Shown here one piece after another: positions 39,844 to 52,020 of a DNA stretch of 64,000 nucleotides; position 1 is the first letter of the stretch; each line of letters begins with the position of its first letter. Position numbers and translations under genes: made by a program. The stretch lies in the NCBI GenBank assembly GCA_951406725.2, contig OX597824.1, forward strand, positions 21,452,001-21,516,000. The letters run 5' to 3'. The stretch comes from Octopus vulgaris (lineage: Eukaryota). Under the pieces are notes generated by a model. The model searched no databases. It saw only the letters and a list, made by a program, of their open reading frames with translations, and was not told the origin of the DNA.

Positions 39844-40228
39844 CTAGCAGTATCGCCCAGCGTTGCTTGGGTTTGTTTCGACCCTTTAGAATTGGAATTC
39901 TTGAAAAGTAAAAATTTTGCATTAGGTAGCTTGTTATTCTCTTTAAGTGAACATTTTTCTGGTTGAAATACACTGAAAAATGGCGACACAGCAGTCAAAA
40001 AATCATAAAAAATAGGGATTTTCATAGAAAAAAAGCACCTTTTTGATGTAAATAATTTTTGGTGTTAACATGGTCTGATTTGAATTTTTTCTTCTACGGA
40101 AGGAAGAGCAAGCCTTCTATCATACTCTCAATTTTGGTCAACTTGCACCGCAGGGTCTCGGAGGAGATAGTGTTAGTTGAAGGCCACCAAACCTGCCATA
40201 CACAGACAACTTCAGCTTTATATATAAA
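39844..40228 (-). mobile_element. Non-autonomous Helitron-like element
   Basis: Terminal CTAG with hairpin gcccag..ttgggt; opposite end cagacaacttcagctttatatata. Confidence 0.65.
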
Positions 40229-40721
40229 TATTTCTGTAGATCATTATCACCACCTCCATCACCACCATCACCTCCACCACCATTTTTCTGTGTGTGTGTG
40301 TGTGTGTTTACAGTTTGTGCTCACATGCATGAAAAATTGCCAAGGTATGAACTGTGTTCTCTGTTGTCCTTTCCTTGTCACCCTGCTTTTGAAAGCAAAT
40401 AGTTTGAAAACCCCTGTACTTGAAAGCAGGTAAGGATTGGTAATAGGAATGCCATCTGGCTGTAAAAACAATGCCTCAACAATGTGTATTCATCTAACTC
40501 ATACTAGCATGGTAAAACAGACATAAAAAATCTCTAATCGATGAAGAGTTCTTATAAGCATTTATACCTGCTTAATTATTTTATTTCTCTTAACTTCTAA
40601 TTAGCTTTTATTAATTAATGGCTTATAGTATCAATATGATTGATTGAAAAGAATAATGAATTTGTATTAGATTGTTGTGGTAGTTTGACTCCAGGTCATC
40701 CCTGATTAAGCAGACCTGCAA

Positions 40722-41054
40722 TCAATGACTCTCTAGCCATGACCATCTTGTCTTGTTTGAGGTAGACTGTACTTCAGACTACATTATCCAATATGTACTT
40801 TTTTTTTTGAAAGTCAGTAGTGTTTTGTTCTAGGGAGAGTTGGTTGCTATTTCTAGCAGACCAGGTGGTGATGTAAAATTTCCATTTCAATGACTTTCTA
40901 GCCATGACCATCTTGTCTTGTTTGAGGTAGACTGTACTTCAGACTACATTATCTAATATGTACTCTATTTTTTTTGAAAGTCAGGAGTGTTTTGTTTTAG
41001 GGAGAATTGGTTGCTATTTCTAGCAGACCAGGTGGTGATGTAAAATTTCCATTT
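40722..41054. repeat. Tandem duplication, 2 x ~165 bp, inside an old SINE-like repeat
   Basis: Units start at 40722 and 40887; gctatttctagcag block shared with ~30990 (-) and ~32030. Confidence 0.9.
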
Positions 41055-41146
41055 GGCTCAGGTTGTATTAGGTGTTTGAATATGACATGAAGGAGATAAA
41101 GGTTAAATTTCATTATAGAATGTGTATAACAGTCTATTACAGCTAA

Positions 41147-41557
41147 TCTATAATATAAATCGGACATGGGCGATCGTTGTATTTTTTCTTGTCTTGAGGT
41201 TCACAGTCAAACGGCTGGGTGGATTCGCATGAAAAATGGCACACATGTGGAGACAGGTGCATAGATTGGAATGCAGTTTGTATTTTTTTTTTCTAAACCC
41301 CATACTTACCGAGAAAATTGATTAAAAATTTTCTAATGGAATTTCCATCTTTCTTCTGCCATTAAAACAACCAGTTGCTTAGAAGCTGTTTTCTGACAGG
41401 GTGGGGTCAGGAAATTTTCATATACTTGGAGGCTCCAATCGAAACAGGGGACCCGAAATGATATGGTTGACAAACGCTGTTATAGATTATGCCTAACCGA
41501 AAACGATCGCAGCCACATCATCCAAACAGACCGGGTGAAACCGGGCTTAGCTGCTAG
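41147..41557 (+). mobile_element. Non-autonomous Helitron
   Basis: A^TCTATAATATAAA...CCGG-gtgaaa-CCGG hairpin...CTAG^T. Confidence 0.8.
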
Positions 41558-42868
41558 TGTTCCTATATAAATATATGTATTGTTGATGAACGAGGGTGTG
41601 TAGAATAAAGTGCCCTGACCAGAAATCAGATGGTTTTGATTTACAAACTATTGGCTTGTTAGTCGAATTAGTACCTTCTCGATTAAGCTATTTCACTTTT
41701 ACAAGTTTATATATGCAATAATTTACACACACGTACACATGCTCACATAGTAAGTTACATACACAAAAATATATACATGCTCATAAACATTTATACTGTT
41801 TCATATGCATGTTAGGAATTTATATCATTTTCAAGATTATTTATTATTTGGAAAACTTTCTAATTTAATTTATTCTTAATTAAATTTTTTCTTCATTTCA
41901 CTTTTTTTTTTAAAAACAATTGTTTATTTAATTATTTTTCTTTATTTCTTTTATACTTTTTTTTATATGCCATCATCTTCATTTTGCTACCTGCTTAATC
42001 AGATTTTTTTCCTTAATTGTCACCAAATTATCGAACCCAGTTTAATCTTTGGAATAAAATATATTATTTTTCCATTGAAAGCTAGATTCTTTTTCATAAG
42101 AAATTAAGTTAGAAAATGCAATGTTTATAACAGTAATTCTCCTCTATTAATAATTATTCTTCTTTATCTCTATGAAATACACATTTGAAAATTCATATAT
42201 TTAAACATTTAATAGTTACTCACAATTTAAAATGAAAAAATATCTTCTGACCCAAAGTAATCCATGAGATTAAAATTAAAAAATAGATTAAACATTTATT
42301 CTATATAGCTGGAGTTTAAGACGGGTAACTTTGGAAATGCTTCAGGACCATTTCTTCTTTATTTATTAAAAACAAGCAAAATCAATGAATGAATTTTTCA
42401 CAATTACATGAAAACATAGGAGTTGTTTAAAAATTTTTATTTTATTTGATCACATGAAAGATATCATGAAAGAAACTGTTTTTCTTTTTATTATTCAACA
42501 CAAACTTAATATTACACTCATTCATTAGTACTGACTGTTTTGAAAAATGTACCTTTTTTTAAAAATTTATTTTTAATTAGGCAATTAAATAAGATAATAG
42601 GAAAGAGACTAACAATCCTAAATAAAGAGTACGGAATATACATCCATTTAAATAAGACAAAATATCATTAAATATTTGGAAGAGGAGAATAAATATATTT
42701 TCATTTAGATTCCCATATTGTGGTATTTTCAAGCTTATGCTGTCATATAAATGCGAAAAAAAAAAAAAGAAAGAATAATATTTAATAAAAAAAAATCAAT
42801 GCAAAATATTTTATTTAATTGTTGGAAATTTTTGTTACATGGGTAAGTCATATTTTTCTCCCATTTAG

Positions 42869-42919
42869 ACTGCAGATAAATCGTAGATCTCAATTACTGT
42901 CTGCGATTGGGGTGACAAG
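42869..42919 (+). CDS. Candidate 51-nt cassette exon (LQINRRSQLLSAIGVT)
   Basis: tttttctcccatttag|...aag|gtaagt (consensus donor); 3n length; only the phase-2 frame is open; lies in a ~1.8 kb island with no recognisable TE. Confidence 0.55.
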
Positions 42920-43404
42920 GTAAGTTACATATTGCTTATCAACTCAGTGTGACATTCTCTTTTGTGTGAACTTGCCATTTCTGTGGACTAACAATTCACC
43001 TGCCATTTTGAATTGCCATTCTCAGAACTGACACAGTTCATACTTAGAACTCAAATCATATAAGCTCGCATTCGGTATCAACAAAGAGTGTTTTAATTTT
43101 AGTGCTAAAAATAGAACTGAATTATGAATTTTTTTTTTTTTTTCTAAAAAAGAAAAAAAAAGCAGGAAAAAAAATTCAGCTAATAAGGTGGATGTGAACG
43201 ATCCTCGAAATTTTGAGCCATTTACATTTGTGGTAATAATTAATATTTCGTTAAATTGTTAATTTCCAAAATTTGTGCTTTGTTAAGCACAGAACAATTT
43301 GATTTGTTATTCAGTTAAATCAGCATGTAATCAAGGCTACTGTTTTTGGGTCAATATTCTGTTTGTATGCCTTGCTTAGCCTATAACACCACATTGATAC
43401 AGCA

Positions 43405-43527
43405 GAACAAATATATATACAGATGTACATATATATATGCATATTATATATATGTGTGTATGTGTGTGTATATATGTGTGTGTGTGTATATATATATATA
43501 TATGTATATATATAAATATATATATAT

Positions 43528-43566
<39 letters not shown>

Positions 43567-43592
43567 TATATGTGTGTGTATATATATATATA

Positions 43593-43652
<60 letters not shown>

Positions 43653-43656
43653 GATG

Positions 43657-43688
<32 letters not shown>

Positions 43689-43792
43689 TATATATATACA
43701 TACACACACACATACATGCAGATATATATATGTATATGCATATATATATATATATTCATATACATACATTTATATATGTATATATATATATA

Positions 43793-43836
<44 letters not shown>

Positions 43837-43900
43837 TATATATGTGTATATATGTATATGCATAAGTATATACATATGTATAGGTATATGCATGTATATG
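43405..43900. repeat. Compound (TA)/(TG)/(CA) microsatellite
   Basis: Read directly; similar tracts at 35750-36030, 36930-37250, 44030-44280, 50200-50475, 60660-60960. Confidence 0.97.
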
Positions 43901-44082
43901 TACATACTATATGAATATCTGACTGCGAAAATATATACCATTATTATACTGAGATATCTGCTAGATATATAAATCCACTTTCACACAACAGAAAGACTAA
44001 TTTCACAAATTATATATACACTGATGTGTATATTTTATATATATATATATATATATATGATAGATATATATATGATAGATAT

Positions 44083-44122
<40 letters not shown>

Positions 44123-44668
44123 AGATATATCAACACAAACACACACACACATACACACACATACACATACACACACATACACACACATACATATACACAT
44201 ACATACAACACACACATACATACACACACAAATAAATAAATAAATACATATATACATACATACATACATGCGTACATGCATTCACACGTCTACTTTCCTT
44301 CACTCTCTTGTAATCTCTTTAACACTCACATATTGTAAAAGGGTTTTCAAGAAATTAATGTCTAGAAGAAATACCAAAATTTTAGGAATATTTCATTAAA
44401 GCTGTTAATAGCCTTCTATAAAGAAATCAAAAACAGTTTTTCATCAAACGATAAGTTATTTGGCCTTAAGCTAGTTCCCTCCTTGCATAGTCATTGCCTA
44501 TTTTGTAATCATTCAGCAACATTACATATGCATTACACTTTACATTATATGTGAAGTCAACGAAGCCTATTCTATATTACAAAAATTTTTGAGACTCACC
44601 TGCCTGAGACAGCTCTGGTTCTGTCCTACAAATTCCTTACAAATGTTTTACAGCAATCTACATTAAAA

Positions 44669-44848
44669 AGGGGCCGATACAGCTTGGCACCTGTGATGTC
44701 GCAACTCATTTCTACAGCTGAGTGAACTGGAGCAACATGAAATAAAGTGTCTTGCTCAAGAACACAATACGCAGCCCGGTCCGGGATTCAAACTCACAAC
44801 CTCACGATCGTAAGCTCGACGCTCTAACCACTGAGCCATGTGCCTTCA
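44669..44848 (-). mobile_element. SINE family E (tRNA-Arg(ACG)-like head plus CORE-like block)
   Basis: Reverse complement: tggctcagtggttagagcgtcgagcttacgatc...gagtttgaatcc; related fragments at 51810-51995 and 25885-25975. Confidence 0.8.
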
Positions 44849-47800
44849 CTAGCTTGATAATGACAAAGATATTTTGCTAAGTTCTGCATCATTTCCATAA
44901 TTAATTGAAACACAGGTAGTGTATTTCGGCAGAAATATGGTAATGAAAGGCTTAAAGAATGGTAATTTGCCCATAAGTGAAAATTCTTGCATAAACACAG
45001 AAACCATGTTTGTTTGGTATAAAATGGTTCATCGTTATTTAATTTTTTTTTTTTTTGTAATTCATCATTAAGCAGTCTTTAGAACTTCTTTGCATTCTAA
45101 TATTTGTTTAGAATTCAGAGAAATTCTAAAACCTTGTTTCTAAATCAGTGAGATATTATTATTATTTTTTTTTTTTTTGAAGCATAGAAACAGGATTGCT
45201 GTTAACAAACTGAAAAATTGTGTTGGAGACATCATCCTGCATAAAACGCTTTAATTTATTTCTTTTAATGTGGGATTCATTTAAAACAAACAAACAAATC
45301 ATTCATTTTAAAAGATTGAGTGTTTTATGTTGTAGCATTTTAAGGAAGACACACTGGGCTGGGGGGAGGGGTTCCACATTGCTTTCCTTAGGCAGCCAGA
45401 GAATCTACAATTAGGGGAAAGATTAAACAGAATTTTTAAACCTCATAAAATAGCTTCAACTGACATTAAAAACCAGGTTGTGAACAACTAACCAGGAACT
45501 TACTTTCTATTTTCCAATATTCATCTAAACTAGAATAAGGTGAAGAATATTAAAAAAAAAAAAAATTCCTGCTTTTCCATTTCTCATTGAGGTAATAATT
45601 CTTTTGTCAAGTCCAAAGTATTAGATTTCTTTATTTTAGTTATTTTTCCCTCACTGCAATTGTCGTTCCGGTTGATTTAGTTGTCCGGTATCGATATCTT
45701 GGTCACTTCTGTCTTCTGTACTTCTTCATGCCCATTACCTTTGATAGAAGTCTACCATTATTGCAAGAAAAATATTCTTCGGTTAATATGTGGAATATAA
45801 TATATAGTTCCTTGTTTGAAGTGAAATCAATTACATGTGAACTCTAATTTTATTTTATTCTGTGTTCATCATGTTATCCTCATCTCAGTTTGTATTCCTC
45901 TATGACTCTCTCCCACTTCTCTTCAATAAATATTGTAACAGTTCCTCATGGATCATTGAACAATGCTTCTAATGACAGGGTTGATTATGTAAGGCCCATT
46001 TAATTCGTGTTGTTGTTTAGCCTCAGGTCAGCTTGAGTCAAAAGGCATTCCATCCAGGACCACCTTATCTTTTGGTGGCTATCTCAGAATAAATGATCTA
46101 AAATATCCTTCCCTTTTTTCAAGTTTGTTGGGTGTAATTTAAGAGAGATTTGACTGCAATTTCTTGTAGGTTGAGTGACTATGCAGAAGTTTTCTTGTTT
46201 CTCAAAAGCAATCTTTCTACTAAATCTAAAAGCTTTCTTAAGAGTCCACATCTTGTATTCAAAGTAGAAATTCACTTTTATCATGACAATGGCTTTTTAG
46301 TATTTTTCACCTCACTTAATTAAAATAATAATAGTACATTAGAATTCTCCGCGACACATTTTAAATGTTTGTTAGTTTTATTTATATTTTGCATGTATAA
46401 TATTTTATAAACAATTCCCGATTGTATTGCCAATTTCAAGATAGAAATCTCTGCTTAGATTTTTTTATTTATTTAATAACTTAGTCAGAGAAGGTAGAGC
46501 AGCACTCTCAACCATTTCCAGAGCAATGGATGATGTGGGTATGCTGTTCTAAGACCACAGGTTTGTTCTGAGTGGATGCAACAGAGCACATCCTGATGAA
46601 GAAATCAAAGGGCAAACTAGATAATGGATTAAGTTAATCTTCAGAGATTAGGAATGCCCCTTCCACCCTATGACAAGCTTCTACACAATTTCCTTCTATT
46701 AAATTTTTCTTTAAAAACCTTGCAACCATGGTAGAAGACAACTTCACAAAGTGGGTGTTGCACAACTTGAAACCACAAAGCAGATTTCTTAACTACACAT
46801 ATTAAATGTTGATATGTTATGAAATGCCTTAATTGATAGATAAATATTCGAAGACAAATATTTTTATATTGGATTTCGAGGAAATGCCGATTCCTTTTTT
46901 GGGATGGTTTCTTTGATTTCATTATTTGTGACAAGTTGATTTCTTTATGTACCTATGTTAACCTTTACTCAAATTCAACATTAATTTCTTGATAACCAAA
47001 CACTTACATATGTGCATGTGTTTATAAAACATGCATACACTCACAGACAAGTCTCATGATTGGCGTAGATTTAAATGTAACAAAACAAATTGACAGATTT
47101 GTCATTGGTTGATAAAATGAGCAAACTCAAGTCTGTTGTCCATATTTTATCAGTTTTCATTGACCTAAACAAGTTATTGATGAACAAGATAAAGACCCTA
47201 CATGAAATTAAAAATAAACTTTGTAAGACGTAAATCATAGCAACAGAAACATGTTTGTACTAAATTTATTAAAAATAAATCTTAAGATATTTCAATATCA
47301 TCTAAGCTGTTAGTAATATATTCAAACATATAATAGCCGGAAGCCAATCAAACTTGTAACATTTATTAGAGGCTCAACAGATTAAACAAAGCAGATTTTG
47401 GAATGTGGTTCAATGTATTCCATAAATCCAGAAATATCAGTGGTACACTAATATTTTTAGAAGTTGAATATTTTTTTTATTTAAACATATATAGCATAAA
47501 GATTTAAATCTAAATATATAAATGTGTCTATAGTTAAATGAAGTTGAATTATTTCATTTAAATATATATAAATAAGCTGCAATCAACACCCCCTTCCTAA
47601 ACAAGCATATGACATGACTAAAGTAGTTGACCTGAAGACAATAAGTCTGTAAGACATGTCTAGGTAGATGTATATGACCACACCTGGTCAGGTAATAATT
47701 AATATTGCATATGGTTTAGCACTTCTACTCATGTAAATATATTTCATTAACTCATTTAGACTATTTATTAGATGTCTTAGCTGACAGTTAATTTTTTTGT

Positions 47801-47953
47801 TAATAGTGTTGAACCTTCTAGTAATCTTTACAATCATTTTGAAATTTGTATATGTATATATATATACATCTGATATAGGATAAAATTTTTCGAAAAAAAT
47901 TCTATCAATGGCCAGCATATTAAAAAATACCTTTAAAGGTTAAATTTATAAAC

Positions 47954-48517
47954 AACTTATAAACAAGGACAAAAGAAAAAAATTCTAATGCCAAATATGC
48001 CGAAAATAGGCTTAAATCGTCAATAACCATCAGTGCATCAGCATCGCCGCAGCTCTGAGCTGAAACAAGAAAAAAAAAAAAAAGTATGCGTCTCGAAGTA
48101 AGCCGACAGAAATTTCTAAAAACTTCCATTATTATCATATCGGCCCTGATTTCAGAGTTAATTCATAAGAACTTTCTCCTCGTCAATGATAAATACGGTA
48201 AGAAATAAAATGAAATACTTACTTTTACCCATTGAAGAAACAAACACTAAGTCATGAGCACACTTAAGTACCCCAAATATATCCAGAATAGTATTTCATT
48301 TATTTCTTACCGTATTTATCGCTGATGAGGAGAAAATTCTTATGAATTAACTCTGAAATCAGAGTCAATACTATAATAACGGAAGTTTTTAGAAATTTCT
48401 ATCGGCTTACTTCGAGACGCGTGCTTATAGTGATGAATTATATGGTTATTGACGATTTAAGTCTATTTTTGGCATATTTGGCGTTAGAATTTTTTTCTTT
48501 TGCCCTTGTTTATAAGT

Positions 48518-48518
<1 letters not shown>
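47954..48518. mobile_element. Foldback/MITE-like element with ~230-265 bp inverted arms
   Basis: 47954-48219 is inverted at 48290-48518; 70-bp spacer. Confidence 0.85.
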
Positions 48519-48554
<36 letters not shown>

Positions 48555-49401
48555 CTGTTCAGTTATGTCATTCCACATTTTCAATTATTTTCATTGAATA
48601 TCAAAATATAGTTGGTTCTGTTATCACATTGAATCTTTATATGAGTTACATGCTCCAATTTAGCGATTTCATTGCTATGCCTAATTCAAGTTTCTACACA
48701 TTCTCCATTTTTGTCCTTTAATAATAATAATAAAAACTTGATTAAAAAAATATAAATAACTTTAAACGGTTGTCCCACCATTTATCAGATATTGTAAAAA
48801 AAACAAAAAAAAAAGAATGAAATAGAACAAATTGCTTTAAAATATCAGTTTCAAATTTTGGCACAAGGCCAGCAAAATTGCTTAAACATATGATTCAGTG
48901 TGGTAATAGCCAGCTTGAGAGAACAAAATCCTTTTAAAAATGTTAGCAGACAGGCTTTCAATGGCACCGTTGTGCAATATTTACTTGTAAAACACATTTC
49001 TCAAACTGAAATAGTTCTTGCTCAAGTTTGCTTGTTATCAACGTTGATAACATTTGAAAAGAAATTTAATATGATAAATTAATTTGTAAACTTATCAACA
49101 CAAATCCTTTTTATATACAAAATACTAATGTTTTCATTTTAAGCTAGGAGGTTCTACACAAAGAATACAAATAGAACTTGGCTCGTAGTACAAGTAGTGA
49201 TTTTTTTTTTTTCTTCTGAAATATCTAAACTATCCTGGAATATACTTTTAAGTATACTTCTAAATTCTTAGAAGCAAAAATCTTAGAAGGAAGTCAACGT
49301 ATAATATTTTTTTTGTAAAAATAATTCTCTGAGATTTCACCCTCAGTCGGACATATTTGTCCACATCCACAAAATAAAATGCCTCATGTCACTCTGTAAA
49401 G

Positions 49402-49437
49402 TAAATTTCGACTTTGCATGCTGCAATTTCAAAAGCA
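49402..49437 (+). CDS. Candidate 36-nt cassette exon (KFRLCMLQFQK)
   Basis: tgtcactctgtaaag|...gca|gtaagt; 3n length, open in phase 2; weak AAG acceptor. Confidence 0.25.
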
Positions 49438-49963
49438 GTAAGTGTGCTTGTGCCGCATGTTACTATATTTGTTAAAACATACGCGCTTTGATTTTTTTTT
49501 TTTTTTTCGTTGTTTGAGCACCTAAAAAGTGTTTACTGCTGTGATGTTTTCATCTAAACATCCATCTTGTCAGACCTCGACGAGAAAAACATTTGAAAAA
49601 AAAAAAAAAAAAAAAAGTTTAAAAAATAGCAATTACGTTTGCATCCTTTGCTTGCAAAAAAAATATTTTAAAAAATTCCAAAAAAAAAAAAAAAAAGAAG
49701 ATATTGACCAACAAGAAATTTAGCTTGCTTAGTATTCTGCCTGGCAAGCAAATCGTAGCTTAATCGTAGCCTCAGATAGCCAAATGGGATACCATTTTGG
49801 TTGTGTTTTATAGCTGCATTCAACTTTAAGAAATTATGTTCTGTAAAAATTGTCTTTGGTAGTTTGATAGTTGAAAACTGCAGTGCAACTATCTTCTCTT
49901 CTCTTTCCTGTTTGTGTTAAGCTTTCTTGTCACATTTCCTTTCTTATCACAGGTTATCTGAAG

Positions 49964-50018
<55 letters not shown>

Positions 50019-50301
50019 ACACAAACACATGTAAGCAGACATGCCCAAACCCTGCTAAATACAAAACTGCATTGTATGTCAGTGTCTTTGAACACACGCA
50101 AACACATGCACACACACACACACACACACATACACATACACACGCATGCACACACACATGTATGTGTGTGTGTCTACATATGTATGTATATGCATGTGTG
50201 AGTATTTATATTTAAGTATATATGTCTGTATGTATGGGTATCATATACATACACATGCACCTATACATATAGACATATATGTATATATAACATATACATA
50301 A

Positions 50302-50358
<57 letters not shown>

Positions 50359-50983
50359 TATTATATGCATAAGTACATACACATACATTCACATACACAT
50401 GTATGTGTGCATATATAAATATACATATATATATGTGTGTATATATACATACATTATATATATATATATATATGCATAAAATATGTGTGTTTCTGTATAT
50501 GTTATGTAGATATGTGCATAAGAGTCTAGTGGGTGCTGTGGAGTAGGAGATAATTTCTTGGTAAATCAGATTTACAACCTAATTTCAATGTCCAGTTGAA
50601 GAGATTACATTTCATTTTGTATCCCTAAAACCCTTCAGAAGCTCATAAATGCAACAGATCCCAGACGCCTCTCATCACATTAGCTTCACACATAACAGAA
50701 AATGCAAAAAACATTTGGAAATGGGTATGCTACATTCAACATGCATGTATGTATATGTGTGTGTATGTATGTATGTATGTATGCCATTATTCAGTTTATT
50801 TCAAGATTTTTTGCCAATAGAGAAAGAACCGGTTTCTAACCTAGATTCAAGGTTCCTTCATTGGAATTTCAACATCAACGACAGGGTATTTGTGTAGTGA
50901 GAATTTACAAAAAACAAAAGACGAAGACAGGTGTGTAAACAACAAACAGATGTGTTAGTTTAACACTTGGAAAGTGAGAATGT

Positions 50984-51019
50984 CTTTTACGTTTCGAGCC
51001 TATGCTCTTCTACAGAAAG
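50984..51019 (-). ncRNA. Minimal Penelope-type hammerhead-like motif
   Basis: CUUU-CUGUAGA-A-GAGC(AUAG)GCUC-GAA-ACGU-A-AAAG; palindromic ACGU stem III; core position 6 is U instead of A. Confidence 0.45.
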
Positions 51020-51129
51020 GAACACAGAAATAAACAGGGAGAGATAACAGAAAAAGGTTTAGTGACTATGTGTGTATGTATGTATGAACAGATTTGTATG
51101 TTTTATGTATGTACTCTCATGTATATCTA

Positions 51130-51392
51130 GACATTCTCATTTATATTTAAATGATAAACTTCTGGAAAATTTTACAGATTTTTACAGTGCCAGTGATGTC
51201 TTCGAATTAGCTTTCTCCTTTATGGTTTTGAGAAGCCTAATTTCTCAAGATTGGTATTTAAACAGTGTGTTACATATCCCAGGACCCCAATAATTACAGG
51301 TATAAACCTGAACTTGTAATCTGGATAGAGTAACTGCAGGTTTCTCAATAGTTCAGCATAGGTGTTCTCTTTTTCACTGATCTTCAACTTTA
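51130..51392 (-). mobile_element. R4/Dong-like (restriction-like endonuclease) LINE 3' fragment next to (TATG)n
   Basis: KISEKENTYAELLRNLQLLYPDYKFRFIPVIIGVLGYV matches the RLE C-terminal EK..Y..L...IPVIIGALG pattern. Confidence 0.7.
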
Positions 51393-51401
51393 TGTACGTA
51401 C

Positions 51402-51432
<31 letters not shown>

Positions 51433-52020
51433 TGTATGTATGTATGTATGTATGTATGTATGCATGCATGCATGCACGTATGTATGTATGTATGTACGTA
51501 TGTATGTATGCATGTGTGTATGTATGTATGTATGCATGCATATGTATGTATGCATGTATGAATGTATGCATGCATGCGTGTATGCATGCACCCATCCTCA
51601 TCATTACCATCATTTTAATGTCAACTTCCCCATGCATGTATGGAGTGGCCAGAGTTTATTGAGGCAGATTTTCTATGGCTGGATGCTCTCCCTGTTACAA
51701 ACCTTCATGTGATCTTACTCCATAGCCAGATATACAAGAGATGAACGATACTAATTTACAACTCACATGATATCAAACCATAGAGACACACAGACACATA
51801 CACACATATGCACCTTGAAAGTTCCCCTCCGAGGCACAAGTGTAAGCAAGGTGTGTTTTATGGAAGACAAGCATACTAGCCTCCTCTCTTCATGCTACCA
51901 ATGTTATCCAAAGGAAAGGCCAAGACAGACATAGCTTGGCCCCAATGATGTTGCAACTCATTCCTACAGCTGAGTGAACTGGAGCAACATAAGATTAAAT
52001 ATCTAATATATATACATAGA

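Noticed and set aside
40403-40429. 27-nt phase-2-open segment with cag|gtaagg donor
   Set aside because: Donor belongs to a family C-like repeat and the acceptor is poor
44770-44848. tRNA-Arg gene (and other tRNA-like heads)
   Set aside because: Continues into SINE body; no complete acceptor stem or T-run terminator
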